Position numbers and translations under genes: made by a program. From positions 1 through 57,671 of IMG/VR virus record IMGVR_UViG_3300037861_000188: a stretch of DNA of 57,671 bases; one strand, 5' to 3'. Below, piece by piece: positions 10,505-19,588 of the stretch (position 1 is its first letter; the number at the start of each line of letters is the position of its first letter). The notes beneath the pieces were generated by a model, which saw only the letters and a program-made list of their open reading frames with translations, was not told the origin of the DNA and made no database searches. This stretch comes from a virus. Taxonomy: Duplodnaviria; Caudoviricetes.

Positions 10505-11566
10505 TTATCTTCTGTTTATGTTGATCATGTCAATCATGCTACTTGGAGGCATGTTTACTAATTCACTCAATCTGGACTTTCTGACTGGTTCTGCTTTTGC
10601 CTCTACCCCTCTTCCAAGCTGTGGCATAGCATCGCCTTTTCGCTTCTGCCGTTCAATGGCGATCTTCTCGTTTCTGCCTTTTACTTCACCCTGCTCTGCT
10701 GCTTTCTTTACAGCCCCCTCATAGGTCAATGCTTTGGAAAACAGGGATAGGAATTCAGTGGAAATGACACCGTTCATGGCATCGTCATAGAACTTTGACA
10801 TTTTGGTCACAAGCTGCTCTTTGATTTTATCGTCAAATCCCTCCTGTGCCTGGAAGTCAGTCAATGTTTTGTTGGATAAATCCATATTGCTTTGAAGCTT
10901 TTCATCCTGCTTTTTCTGATTGGCTACTGCTTGCTTTCGCTCAATCTTGGATCGTACCAATGATTCTGCATCTTCGTCCTCTGCTTCCACTGTGAAGATT
11001 GACTCATCAATTCCTGCTTTCATCATTGCTACCCGGAAGGAGTACCCTTTAGCCACATAGCCAAGAATGTCCAGTATTTCAGGATCAGATACCTTTTCTA
11101 CAAAGCCTCTGATATCATCCACTTCCTGCTGAAGGGCTGTGAACTCTTCCTCTCTGGCTTGTAAATGGGTATTCACCGCTTCAATGCTTTCAAATTCCTG
11201 CTCTCCAAGTTTGAAGGATTGCTTTACGGGTTTTTCTTTTTCGGATTCTGCTTCTTCTTGTTCCAATTCTGATTGCTCTGCTGCTAGGATCTTCGCATCT
11301 TCGGCTTCCTGTGCTGCGAGTGCCTCGGCTTCCTTTTTATTTTTGGCCTCTTGAATGGTTTTGGTAAAGGATTCTTTGCCTGATAACTTCTTGATTACTT
11401 CATCGGAGATGTCAGATTTGGCTTGTATTTCCTCTTCCTGACCCTCTTCGGCACCTTCCGCATCTTCTGTGGCTGCTTCAGCCGACACCACTTCGGGTTT
11501 TACCGATTTAGCCGCTTCTCGTGCTTCTAAGTTGTACTTGATGGCATTGACAAATGAATTATTCAT
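10505..11566 (-). CDS. Capsid scaffolding protein
   Basis: Acidic coiled coil upstream of MCP; AAEQGEVKGRNEKI motif; start placed at MNNSF (11566) because 11567-11710 holds structured leader repeats. Confidence 0.75.
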   Translation of the reverse strand: MNNSFVNAIKYNLEAREAAKSVKPEVVSAEAATEDAEGAEEGQEEEIQAKSDISDEVIKKLSGKESFTKTIQEAKNKKEAEALAAQEAEDAKILAAEQSELEQEEAESEKEKPVKQSFKLGEQEFESIEAVNTHLQAREEEFTALQQEVDDIRGFVEKVSDPEILDILGYVAKGYSFRVAMMKAGIDESIFTVEAEDEDAESLVRSKIERKQAVANQKKQDEKLQSNMDLSNKTLTDFQAQEGFDDKIKEQLVTKMSKFYDDAMNGVISTEFLSLFSKALTYEGAVKKAAEQGEVKGRNEKIAIERQKRKGDAMPQLGRGVEAKAEPVRKSRLSELVNMPPSSMIDMININRR

Positions 11567-11588
11567 ATCCTGAATGGTGTAAATGCGG

Positions 11589-11635
11589 AAAGGCCATGAC
11601 TTCCGATATGGAAAACATGGCCTTTGGGCTGTTAT
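11589..11635 (-). promoter_or_regulatory. Conserved late-operon leader element, copy 1
   Basis: Minus strand ATAACAGCCC then hairpin AAAGGCCATG...CATGGCCTTT; 21 nt identical to 34245-34265. Confidence 0.7.
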
Positions 11636-11656
11636 TTTTACTGATTTCGTTAAAAT

Positions 11657-11710
11657 ATAAAAGGGCCATGCTTCCGTATTTTTGGAGGCATGGCCCAATT
11701 GGGGTGTTAT
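11657..11710 (-). promoter_or_regulatory. Conserved late-operon leader element, copy 2
   Basis: Minus strand ATAACACCCC then 13-bp hairpin GGGCCATGCCTCC...GGAAGCATGGCCC and TTTTAT tail. Confidence 0.65.
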
Positions 11711-11788
11711 TTCAGCACTAATATTACTCGAAATTACAAATTTTTCAAATTAATTCGTAATTATTTTTTTAAAAAAAACTATTTATCG

Positions 11789-12091
11789 TTAGTTTGTGGG
11801 TTTTTTTAGTCCCATCCTTTTATCATGTTCGCTTTTAACCACTTCGTAGATGCCCGTTTCTCCGGACTTCACTGCCTGTCTTTTCAATTCCTTCTCAGGA
11901 GAATAGCTGTGGATCACGGGAACCTTGATCTCGTAGGACTTATCTTTTTCGATTACCCGTCCTTGGGTAAGTTCTTTGCCGCATAGCAATAATTCCCATC
12001 CAAGTATAGGCACCCATTCCCATGACTGCTTTTTGATTGGCCCTAATTGCTCGGCTATGTCCTTAATTCGGTTGGCTACTTTCTTTTTCAT
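11789..12091 (-). CDS. Hypothetical protein
   Basis: 100-aa ORF with ATG, co-oriented in operon. Confidence 0.65.
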   Translation of the reverse strand: MKKKVANRIKDIAEQLGPIKKQSWEWVPILGWELLLCGKELTQGRVIEKDKSYEIKVPVIHSYSPEKELKRQAVKSGETGIYEVVKSEHDKRMGLKKPTN

Positions 12092-12093
12092 GA

Positions 12094-12142
12094 ATTCCTA
12101 TAAATGTACCACGATTTGATTCCTATAAATGTACCACGATTT
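12094..12142. repeat. 24-bp direct repeat, 25-bp period
   Basis: ATTCCTATAAATGTACCACGATTT at 12094-12117 and 12119-12142. Confidence 0.95.
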
Positions 12143-12274
12143 CCATAATTCTTTAAGCTTCTCAATATGCGCTTCTGCCTGTTTTTGAACATCATCATCG
12201 GATAGGTATCGATCAGGACTGTAATTAATAACCTTCTCTTTCCTATGTAACCGGATTATCTTAGGTCTTTTCAT
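12098..12274 (-). CDS. Small hypothetical protein (58 aa)
   Basis: MKRPKIIRLH...IVVHL; ATGA overlap with upstream gene; fills the gap. Confidence 0.6.
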   Translation of the reverse strand: MKRPKIIRLHRKEKVINYSPDRYLSDDDVQKQAEAHIEKLKELWKSWYIYRNQIVVHL

Positions 12275-12936
12275 GGGGTTTCTATTTCTTCGTTTAGGTA
12301 CTTTTCGAGTTGCTTGTTTAAAAAAGCATGGTGTTCATAGGATAATTTGACATCAGAATTAAATGTGAATGACATACCATAGGTATGTTGTATTTGAGGT
12401 ATTCTTATCATTGCGCCAGTCTGAACCTCAATCCTTTTCGGTAGCTTCTTAGCCCATTGGCCGTTAAGGTAGATTAACCATCGGCCAACGTATAAAGCAT
12501 TCTTTTCATTTTTGTATTTAAAAACAGTATCAGATATTTCGAATTTAATACCGCCCCAATCCTCAAACCTATCTCCATCCTTAATCTCACCGTACAATTC
12601 AAAAGCCTTAGCCTTTAGCTGGTTTACGTAGGATTCTTCTGTGGATGGTTTGAACCATTTCTTGTTAATCGACAATTCTACTAGCTTATTATCGACTATT
12701 CTAATGTTGATACTTGGTTCACCGGGCAAGTTGTTTAACACCTTGTAAATTTTCCTAGGCGATATCAATGATCCATCACCATCTACACAATCAACAAACT
12801 CCACCCCTTCCCAAATATCCTTTTTCTTATTGACCACCAAAAAGAAATTACTAAATTCCCCTGACTCATTGATAACATCAAATCCGTTCTGGTCACAAAA
12901 TGTTTTTAGTTTCTCGTACTCGCTATCGTTGCTCAT
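12271..12936 (-). CDS. Hypothetical protein
   Basis: 221-aa ORF; AACAGGAC immediately before ATG. Confidence 0.75.
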   Translation of the reverse strand: MSNDSEYEKLKTFCDQNGFDVINESGEFSNFFLVVNKKKDIWEGVEFVDCVDGDGSLISPRKIYKVLNNLPGEPSINIRIVDNKLVELSINKKWFKPSTEESYVNQLKAKAFELYGEIKDGDRFEDWGGIKFEISDTVFKYKNEKNALYVGRWLIYLNGQWAKKLPKRIEVQTGAMIRIPQIQHTYGMSFTFNSDVKLSYEHHAFLNKQLEKYLNEEIETP

Positions 12937-12985
12937 GTCCTGTTTTGGTTAAATTATACTTCTGTTTATTGACTTTTAAAAGGTT

Positions 12986-13019
12986 AAAAAAACCCATCCT
13001 CCAATGAAGGATAGGTTTT
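12986..13019 (-). terminator. Intrinsic terminator
   Basis: Minus strand AAAACCTATCCTTC-ATT-GGAGGATGGGTTTTTTT (G.U pairs fit this strand). Confidence 0.7.
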
Positions 13020-13022
13020 GGA

Positions 13023-13136
13023 TTAGTACATCTTACCCTTGCCTCCCTTCTTCATGGGCATTTTCATACCTGAGCTCTTGGATGGTGTTTTTGTGGCCTT
13101 TGATGCTGAAGGCATAGACTTCTTTGAACATTTCAT
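13023..13136 (-). CDS. Lys/Met-rich basic peptide (37 aa)
   Basis: MKCSKKSMPSASKATKTPSKSSGMKMPMKKGGKGKMY; A-rich start; followed by a terminator. Confidence 0.65.
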   Translation of the reverse strand: MKCSKKSMPSASKATKTPSKSSGMKMPMKKGGKGKMY

Positions 13137-13170
13137 GGTATTGGTATTTAGGTTGGAAATAATTTAGCAC

Positions 13171-13470
13171 TTACCTACACTTAGGCCCTTTGCCTCCTGT
13201 TTTCATCGCTTGCTTCATCCCGGTCTGCCTCGAGGATGGCGATTTGAATTTGGACTTGGTGGCCTTAACTGCTTTTACGGGTGCCTTGGCTGCGGCTGTT
13301 GGCTTGGGCACATAGACTCCGTTGTTTACCATAGTGGATGATCTGCCTACGGTCAGATTCTTCTTGGCTGATTCACCCGGCTTGGGCTGCATCACCATTC
13401 TCTTGCCTGACTTGGCGTAGTCGGATGCTACATCGCTGGTCATTCCTTTCTTGTCTGGTTTCATTTTCAT
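13171..13470 (-). CDS. Lys-rich basic protein, putative DNA-binding/condensing
   Basis: Very basic, histone-H1-like composition, ends MKTGGKGPKCR. Confidence 0.65.
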   Translation of the reverse strand: MKMKPDKKGMTSDVASDYAKSGKRMVMQPKPGESAKKNLTVGRSSTMVNNGVYVPKPTAAAKAPVKAVKATKSKFKSPSSRQTGMKQAMKTGGKGPKCR

Positions 13471-13487
13471 GGTTTGGTTGATTAAGG

Positions 13488-13733
13488 TTAAGGTTTAAGC
13501 CAATTCCACTTGGCTGTTTTTTGGCTGATTTTATAATCCCTCCGCTTCTGGTTATTTTTTAGGGACTTTTGAAGCAGACTGTAATTAAATCTTGACTTTT
13601 GACCTTTACTGCCTTCTTCAAATTTAGCCCACGCCAAGGTATCGTAGTGCTTGCAGATTTCACTTTCCTTTTTTACCGTGGACTTGGTGGCTAGATTGTA
13701 TAGGAACTGTCTGATTTTGGTGAGTAGGGTCAT
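13488..13733 (-). CDS. Hypothetical protein
   Basis: 81-aa basic ORF in operon. Confidence 0.55.
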   Translation of the reverse strand: MTLLTKIRQFLYNLATKSTVKKESEICKHYDTLAWAKFEEGSKGQKSRFNYSLLQKSLKNNQKRRDYKISQKTAKWNWLKP

Positions 13734-13855
13734 ATAAACAAATTTTCGTCCGTGTCTGAATCTTTCTGATTCTCACGGATGGTTTTAGGTGGATGAATAG
13801 TCAATGCCTCCAAAAGGAGTAAACAGGCTCGGAGGATTAACAGGATGCGGATCAT
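13730..13855 (-). CDS. Small hypothetical protein (41 aa)
   Basis: MIRILLILRACLLLLEAL...; ATGA overlaps at both ends. Confidence 0.45.
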   Translation of the reverse strand: MIRILLILRACLLLLEALTIHPPKTIRENQKDSDTDENLFI

Positions 13856-14316
13856 AGCAGTATGGATTCTAGGTTTCTGCATATCTCCTTGATCACCTTT
13901 ACAGTAATGGTATTCCCTGCTTGCTTATAACCCTGCGTGTCTGATACTTTTGAGATATCGAAGCTGTCTGGGAAGCCTTGTAAACGGAAGCACTCACGGG
14001 GAGTAAGTCTGCGGATGCGTTTTTCTGTCCTTAGTAGATTGTTTTGCTCAAATGAATTGGACGTTATAGGTGGGCAAATCGAGTGAGACCCTCCTTTATT
14101 GAATCCTCTGGCTCTTTGTTCTATTACTAAATTATCCTTCTGAACAGTCGTAATTGTACCACATATACCCTCTTCATACGCTTCAATAGTCTGTTCTCTA
14201 TACTCACCCGTTTTTCTGCTTTTCGGGTTTTCGGGATTTCGGCCTACCATTCGAACTGGAATCGGATCTTCCTGATCCTCTAGGGTTGGTCCATTGCTCT
14301 GATCGAAATCCGTCAT
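13852..14316 (-). CDS. C5-cytosine DNA methyltransferase, C-terminal portion only
   Basis: Motifs IX/X: RRLTPRECFRLQGFPDSF and YKQAGNTITV; no FxGxG or PCQ motifs. Confidence 0.8.
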   Translation of the reverse strand: MTDFDQSNGPTLEDQEDPIPVRMVGRNPENPKSRKTGEYREQTIEAYEEGICGTITTVQKDNLVIEQRARGFNKGGSHSICPPITSNSFEQNNLLRTEKRIRRLTPRECFRLQGFPDSFDISKVSDTQGYKQAGNTITVKVIKEICRNLESILL

Positions 14317-14714
14317 AATTTGTCCTGTTCGTTTGTTGTTGAAAATTGTTTGCTCGAAAAAATCTCTGTGATTCCGTCACATCCCCGGTTGAGCTGGAAT
14401 TGAACTGCTTCAATCTTGCCTTTCAAAACATCATCCACCATTACTAGAATCTGCTGCTGCTGAAGAGGTGTAAGCCTTCCCAATGGGGGCTTGGTATCAT
14501 CGTAGGCAAGGATTGTCTTCTGGTAGGCAAGCAGGTAGTTCTTTGAGTTCTGGTATCGCTCCTTACTCATCCGCATTGCCTTCCCGTGATAAATGGTGTC
14601 GGTAATCTCCAAAAGATCCAGTACCATCTTCCTAAAATTCCCCACTACATAGCCTGGATTATACCCTTCTTCTGTGCTGTGAAATCGTGTTTTATCCGGA
14701 TCGTAATCGCTCAT
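14313..14714 (-). CDS. Hypothetical protein
   Basis: 133-aa ORF, first gene of a leftward operon from the AT-rich divergent region. Confidence 0.65.
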   Translation of the reverse strand: MSDYDPDKTRFHSTEEGYNPGYVVGNFRKMVLDLLEITDTIYHGKAMRMSKERYQNSKNYLLAYQKTILAYDDTKPPLGRLTPLQQQQILVMVDDVLKGKIEAVQFQLNRGCDGITEIFSSKQFSTTNEQDKL

Positions 14715-14810
14715 TCATTTTTTCGTTTCACTAAAGTAATGAAAAAATAAATATTTGCTATAATTTGTAATTCTTTTTACGATTTATGTTTTTTTTGTTC
14801 GGCTAATTGC

Positions 14811-14818
14811 TACATTTG
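14811..14818 (+). promoter_or_regulatory. Bacteroidota -7 promoter box
   Basis: TACATTTG (TAnnTTTG) 5 nt before ATG 14824, implying a near-leaderless mRNA. Confidence 0.6.
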
Positions 14819-14823
14819 AAACT

Positions 14824-15417
14824 ATGAGCAGGACAAACCCATACGAAAAATACCTCACCAAAGAAGATATTATGCACGCTGAAATAGTGCGTGTTATAGA
14901 ACTCAGGTTTCCGGACCTGTTCTGGTGGCATACTCCCAACGAAGGCAAGCGAAGTGCATTTGAGCAGTACAAGTTCAAGACGCTCGGAGGTAAAAAAGGA
15001 GTTTCTGATTTCGTTATTCTCGAAGATTCAAATTTCTCCAAAGGATTGATGATGGAAATCAAATACGGAGGAAATGGCTGTTCAAAGGCTCAAGTGGATT
15101 TCCTGATTGACTCGATTAACAAAGGCTACACGAGTGCAGTGGTGTACAACCATGCTTCGGATGCAATTGCCCTGCTTGAAAGGCATATGGGTCCCGGTGC
15201 TTGTTTCCCCCTAGATGGAATTCTACTTATAAAGGAGGGGAAGGAGTCCATTATTCAGATTGAACAAGCGCATAAAGTGTTGATGAAAAAATCAACTCCT
15301 GTTTCAGACAAGCAGCAAGCTAAGAAGCTGTTTGAAGCTGAGGCAAAGAAGAAGTTTGGCAGTGTCTCGGTGCAGGTTAAAAAAGCCCTGTTTCAGGGAA
15401 AGGATATTAAAGTTTGA
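14824..15417 (+). CDS. VRR-NUC (PD-(D/E)XK) nuclease / resolvase
   Basis: WWHTPNEGKR, GGKKGVSDFVIL, LMMEIKYG, SKAQVDF. Confidence 0.85.
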   Translation: MSRTNPYEKYLTKEDIMHAEIVRVIELRFPDLFWWHTPNEGKRSAFEQYKFKTLGGKKGVSDFVILEDSNFSKGLMMEIKYGGNGCSKAQVDFLIDSINKGYTSAVVYNHASDAIALLERHMGPGACFPLDGILLIKEGKESIIQIEQAHKVLMKKSTPVSDKQQAKKLFEAEAKKKFGSVSVQVKKALFQGKDIKV

Positions 15418-15420
15418 GTC

Positions 15421-15463
15421 ATAGTTGTTTAAATCACCTTTTAAACGGTTATTTTGGGTTTTT
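15421..15463 (+). terminator. Probable terminator after the VRR-NUC gene
   Basis: ATAGTTGTTTAAA-loop-TTTAAACGGTTAT (G.U pairs fit + strand) then a T-rich run. Confidence 0.45.
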
Positions 15464-15547
15464 TGATTTGAGGTTTGGTATTGCCTTTCAGTACCCGGTC
15501 TATGACCGATTGATTTTTATTTTACGAACAGGACAAACAACACTACA

Positions 15548-15835
15548 ATGAAAAAATCACTATCAATCGCACTTCTGCTTATCGGGCTATCCGCTTGCGC
15601 TGTGCTGGATCCCTCCAAGATGGATATCCCAAAGGAGCCTACGCTATGGGTCGTATCACAACTCGACTCCATCAATCACAAAAACGGGCAGGGATTTATC
15701 TTCTACAAACTTTCTCCGGTCAATGCTGGTGGCTTAAATGTCAAACCTGTCTGGATCATGGACTATTCCGGAGCCTTTCAGGTCGGTGATATTGTCAGCT
15801 TCCGCCTGTTTACCGATTACTCACAAGCGAGGTAG
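15548..15835 (+). CDS. Small lipoprotein
   Basis: Signal peptide with lipobox MKKSLSIALLLIGLSA-C. Confidence 0.7.
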   Translation: MKKSLSIALLLIGLSACAVLDPSKMDIPKEPTLWVVSQLDSINHKNGQGFIFYKLSPVNAGGLNVKPVWIMDYSGAFQVGDIVSFRLFTDYSQAR

Positions 15836-15836
15836 T

Positions 15837-16247
15837 ATGCTGCTGGACCTTTCCAACTCCCTAGATGCAAAGAGGGCACAAGCTTATCTGGACAAGCTAT
15901 TGGAGAAAGGAGAACAAATTGAGATCCGCAAGATCATCAAGCAACGGACTGTACGGCAAAACAGCTATCTGCACGTTTGCTTGACCATGTTCTGTAATGA
16001 AACGGGTTATACGATAGACGAAGCCAAGGAACTGTTTTCTATGCAACTGCCGGACATCATGCGTTATGAGAAGAACGGAATCAACTTCCGTAAGTCCACT
16101 GCCGATATGGACACAAAGGATATGGGAACTCTGATTGATAAAATACGGGAAATGGCCTTGGATAATCTTGGTCTTTACATTCCCGATTCAGAAGAGTATT
16201 TGATTAACAAGTTTCAGATTGAAAAAGAGTTGAGCTGGGTGAAATAA
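15837..16247 (+). CDS. NinB/Orf-like recombination accessory protein
   Basis: KQRTVRQNSYLH and KSTADMDTKDMGTLIDKI motifs; start placed at MLLDL. Confidence 0.65.
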   Translation: MLLDLSNSLDAKRAQAYLDKLLEKGEQIEIRKIIKQRTVRQNSYLHVCLTMFCNETGYTIDEAKELFSMQLPDIMRYEKNGINFRKSTADMDTKDMGTLIDKIREMALDNLGLYIPDSEEYLINKFQIEKELSWVK

Positions 16248-16253
16248 ACTACT

Positions 16254-16457
16254 ATGAAAGACAAAAAAGTAGCCAATATTCTAGCATGTCACAAAGCTGG
16301 AAGAATCGAGTCCAAAGAGGCAATTGATCAGATTGCTACCGTGTACGGTGAAGTAGCCTATGCAAAGCAAATCAAAGATCCGCACGGGTGCTTAGATTAT
16401 AGTCAAGGATATCTCCGATGTGATTGGCAGTGTGTGACGTGTAGGGAGATTGAGTAA
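16254..16457 (+). CDS. Hypothetical Cys-containing protein
   Basis: 67 aa, C-terminal C-x8-C-x3-C-x2-C; in operon. Confidence 0.55.
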   Translation: MKDKKVANILACHKAGRIESKEAIDQIATVYGEVAYAKQIKDPHGCLDYSQGYLRCDWQCVTCREIE

Positions 16458-16496
16458 CACCTTTTAAAATCATAGATCACAACTAAAACTATTATA

Positions 16497-16778
16497 ATGG
16501 TATCACAAACACAACTAAAAGAAGTCAAGCGGCTATTCGATCACAATGTAAGCTACAACAAGATAAGTGAAAAGACTGGGCTTACGCTTGCTCAGATTTG
16601 GCATCTCATTAAAAAAAGGCTCAGAACTGGGAGATACGATTGCAGCAAGTTCACGTCGGCTGAATTAGCTACGATTAAGCAGCTAAAATCGGAGGGTAAA
16701 AACTCAGCGGAGATTGGGATCAAAATGGGGTATAGCTCTAGTAAAGTTAAGTATCAATTGTTGAAAATGGGGGTGTAA
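16497..16778 (+). CDS. Tandem HTH DNA-binding protein
   Basis: SYNKISEKTGLTLAQIW and NSAEIGIKMGYSSSKVK. Confidence 0.7.
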   Translation: MVSQTQLKEVKRLFDHNVSYNKISEKTGLTLAQIWHLIKKRLRTGRYDCSKFTSAELATIKQLKSEGKNSAEIGIKMGYSSSKVKYQLLKMGV

Positions 16779-17017
16779 TGAAAGAATACAGAAAAACAGC
16801 AACAGTAAAAGCGAAGTTATTTGAACAAGGTGATGAGGATGGCTTTACAAATACTCCCGAGCATTATTTTGAAAAAGAAAAATTCCCATACATATCTACT
16901 CTTGAAAATCAAAAACATCATGGAGAATTTGGAAAACATTATCTTTGTGTAGGAATTAAAGGAGAAAAATGGCTTGTTGAAAAGTCAATTTTTGAGGCTA
17001 CCTATGAGGCTGTTTAG
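16778..17017 (+). CDS. Conserved small phage protein (PGDYG-like)
   Basis: YRKTATVKA...YISTLEN...GIKGEKWLVEKSIFEATYE. Confidence 0.65.
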   Translation: MKEYRKTATVKAKLFEQGDEDGFTNTPEHYFEKEKFPYISTLENQKHHGEFGKHYLCVGIKGEKWLVEKSIFEATYEAV

Positions 17018-17156
17018 CCTTACCGAATATGAAATACCGTTGTCCTCACTGTAATAAAACCGTAGAAAGAGAATCCGATAAGCATTGGATTGGATCATAC
17101 TGCTCTGAAAAAGGAATTAAAACTAGGATTATGAAGGTGGATAAACTAAAAAAAAT

Positions 17157-17363
17157 ATGAAAGTCAATGTTTCGATTAGAGATGTAGAGAATACTGTTCA
17201 AAAAAATATGGATGGAATTTATTTTACCTTCAATTTTGCTATTGGGCTACAACAAAGATTTTATAAAAAGTTTGGGCGTGCTGAAGTATTTTTTTTTGAG
17301 GATGATAAATCTGTTGAATTAACTCCCTATAAATGGGAAGGGGTTGAAATTTATCGAATGTAA
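17157..17363 (+). CDS. Hypothetical protein
   Basis: A-rich start; followed by a terminator. Confidence 0.55.
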   Translation: MKVNVSIRDVENTVQKNMDGIYFTFNFAIGLQQRFYKKFGRAEVFFFEDDKSVELTPYKWEGVEIYRM

Positions 17364-17397
17364 AACCCGACCAGCCTTAAACTGATCGGGTTTTTTT
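17362..17397. terminator. Bidirectional terminator between convergent operons
   Basis: AAAACCCGACCAG-loop-CTGATCGGGTTTTTTT. Confidence 0.8.
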
Positions 17398-17399
17398 GG

Positions 17400-19457
17400 T
17401 TAATTCAACTGCAATCCCTGTGCTTTTCCTCCCGGCATACCCATCTGTTGCTGAAGGGCTGCCATCGCTTGAGGGTTGGCCTCGGTAGGCATTCCCTGTG
17501 CTGCTGCCATTTGCTGCGCCTGTTCCAATTCCTGCTGCTTGCGATTGATCGTCTCACTGAGCTTGTCTGCAAACGGCATAGAGGTCAATTCGGTGAATAT
17601 ACCTAAATCAATCAATCCCTGATCAAGAAACTTCAATAGCACATCATCCTGAATCTGTCTCATTACCGGAGTGTTGGTAGCCCGGCCCATGCTGATCATT
17701 ACATCCAGGTCACGGCCTTTCGCTGCTTCGTAATATTGTATATCATCGCTGTAGTCCTTACCTATGACCTGAATATTTCGATCATCGGTGTAAAACTGCT
17801 GAATAGTCTTTACTACTTTCAAGTCTCGCTTGCTTCTGCGCTGAAAGAAGAATTCAAAATACACTCGGTTGTTAATTTGGGCATTACTGGTCTGTAGCTG
17901 ATACATTCCCAATGGAGTACCCGAACTTGCTTTCTGTCCCTGTATCGCACTAGTGACCCCTGAAATCTGCTCCAATAGGCTCATTTGTGTCTGCAAGAGT
18001 TCAATTACCCCAATGTTTATGTTTTTGGCTGACATCTCCTCCGGCTTCAGTCCCCTTGGGTTTTTCTGAGCATTTGCACTGTATGGTACAACTCCGTCTG
18101 ACTTGCTTATTTCATTGGCATAATCATCATTGGTCCATCCGTCTGCCCGTGCTTCTTCAGGTAGCAACAAGGCCCCTTTAGAACTGGATCCGATAATCTT
18201 ATCCAAGGAAGTGAGCAATCGATTAATCTGAATTTGCTGATCAAGGATGTCATAGGCAAACCCCCAGATATTGCCATCCACCAAAGGATATAGCCCCAAC
18301 GTGTACGGACTCTGCTCATGCTCGTATGGTGTCTCTCCGTGCATCAGGATATCGCCATTGTCTGTCAAGAACCAGAAATGAAACACATCCTCGTATCTCA
18401 TTTCGTAATCCAAATAAGGAATGTTTTCTTCCGGTACCCCTTGCGCTGAAAATTGCTCGTATCGCTGATTGTTGATTTCTTCTAGTTCCTCTGCTTCCAT
18501 TTCGGATTGATAGGCTCTGCCTGACATGGGATCTGTTACAATCATCAAATACGTGCTAATCTCCTGCCATACCTCAATGACTCGGCACATATCATTGTCT
18601 CTGGGGACATAGAAGTCCACGTTGTCAATCATATCTGAATCCTGGCTCTGTGATTGATAGTGATTGCCTCTTTTACTTTGACTTGCCTTGCCGTACCATT
18701 GCTCAATAAGCTGCTTGTCGGCTTCATTTTTGGCAAAAGTTCCAACAACCTTGCTCAGAGGCACATCGTGAATCTCTCCTATGAAATTCAGTTCCTTCAA
18801 TCGTACATCTTTAAGACCTGTATTAAAAAACATCAATGCAGGATGCACGGAATCTATGATTAAATCGTCCCTGTTTTTATCCTTATGGTAGCCATAGTGG
18901 GTTTTCCAGCCAAAGGCACCTGAAATAAAGAACTCTTCAATCACGCTCACGTCAAGCATGTGTGTGTCGTTGAGCTGAAGTGCTGCCTCTAGCGTCTTGG
19001 ACATCATTTCTGATATCTTCTGATCTTCCCTGTTCCGTGCTACTACAATGGATTTAAAATCATTCTCAATGAACTGGCCTAACAGGTTCTTAATATGCTG
19101 CCGAATCATGTTCTGTTTGATTGGAATCATGTTCTGCTTGCGGATATAGGCATCCATGGTGATAGTCCCACCCGTGTCAGGATCTATCATGGTGTCATTC
19201 CAGTGATCGCCAATGTAAAAGTCACGGCACTTTTTACGCCTGTCTCTGAACGGCCTGAGCTTATCATAATATAATCGGGCTTGTTCCAGAACATCATCTG
19301 CCCTGCGCTTCATTTCAGGCTCATTATAGATCAGGGTGGTTGAATTCTTGATCTGATCCTGCGATAAACGCTTTTCCATGTACTGCGAAAAATCAATGTC
19401 CTTAGACTTGTTTCTCAGCAATTCATCGGGGTTAAAATCAACGTTGGTTTTTTTCAT
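17400..19457 (-). CDS. Portal protein (P22 gp1-like)
   Basis: DFYIGDHW, NMIRQHIKNLLG, DILDQQIQINR, LEQISGVTSAIQG, Q-rich C-terminal barrel. Confidence 0.9.
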   Translation of the reverse strand: MKKTNVDFNPDELLRNKSKDIDFSQYMEKRLSQDQIKNSTTLIYNEPEMKRRADDVLEQARLYYDKLRPFRDRRKKCRDFYIGDHWNDTMIDPDTGGTITMDAYIRKQNMIPIKQNMIRQHIKNLLGQFIENDFKSIVVARNREDQKISEMMSKTLEAALQLNDTHMLDVSVIEEFFISGAFGWKTHYGYHKDKNRDDLIIDSVHPALMFFNTGLKDVRLKELNFIGEIHDVPLSKVVGTFAKNEADKQLIEQWYGKASQSKRGNHYQSQSQDSDMIDNVDFYVPRDNDMCRVIEVWQEISTYLMIVTDPMSGRAYQSEMEAEELEEINNQRYEQFSAQGVPEENIPYLDYEMRYEDVFHFWFLTDNGDILMHGETPYEHEQSPYTLGLYPLVDGNIWGFAYDILDQQIQINRLLTSLDKIIGSSSKGALLLPEEARADGWTNDDYANEISKSDGVVPYSANAQKNPRGLKPEEMSAKNINIGVIELLQTQMSLLEQISGVTSAIQGQKASSGTPLGMYQLQTSNAQINNRVYFEFFFQRRSKRDLKVVKTIQQFYTDDRNIQVIGKDYSDDIQYYEAAKGRDLDVMISMGRATNTPVMRQIQDDVLLKFLDQGLIDLGIFTELTSMPFADKLSETINRKQQELEQAQQMAAAQGMPTEANPQAMAALQQQMGMPGGKAQGLQLN

Positions 19458-19588
19458 CTGCTTTGGCTTTATGGCTTTTGGTCTTTTATTTCAATGGCTG
19501 TTTTTTCTTGTGTTGCCTGATCACTACCCTGATTGCTTGGACTGTTTTTGGTTTATTGCTGTATCTAAGGCATAAGGATTAAAACAAA

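Noticed and set aside
11567-11698. N-terminal extension of the scaffold ORF given by the ORF track (similarly 35305-35433, 38852-38944, 46295-46468)
   Set aside because: These overlap structured leaders, promoters or upstream genes; better-supported ATG starts lie downstream.
12094-12142. Mini CRISPR array
   Set aside because: Only two copies separated by 1 nt; no spacer and no cas genes.
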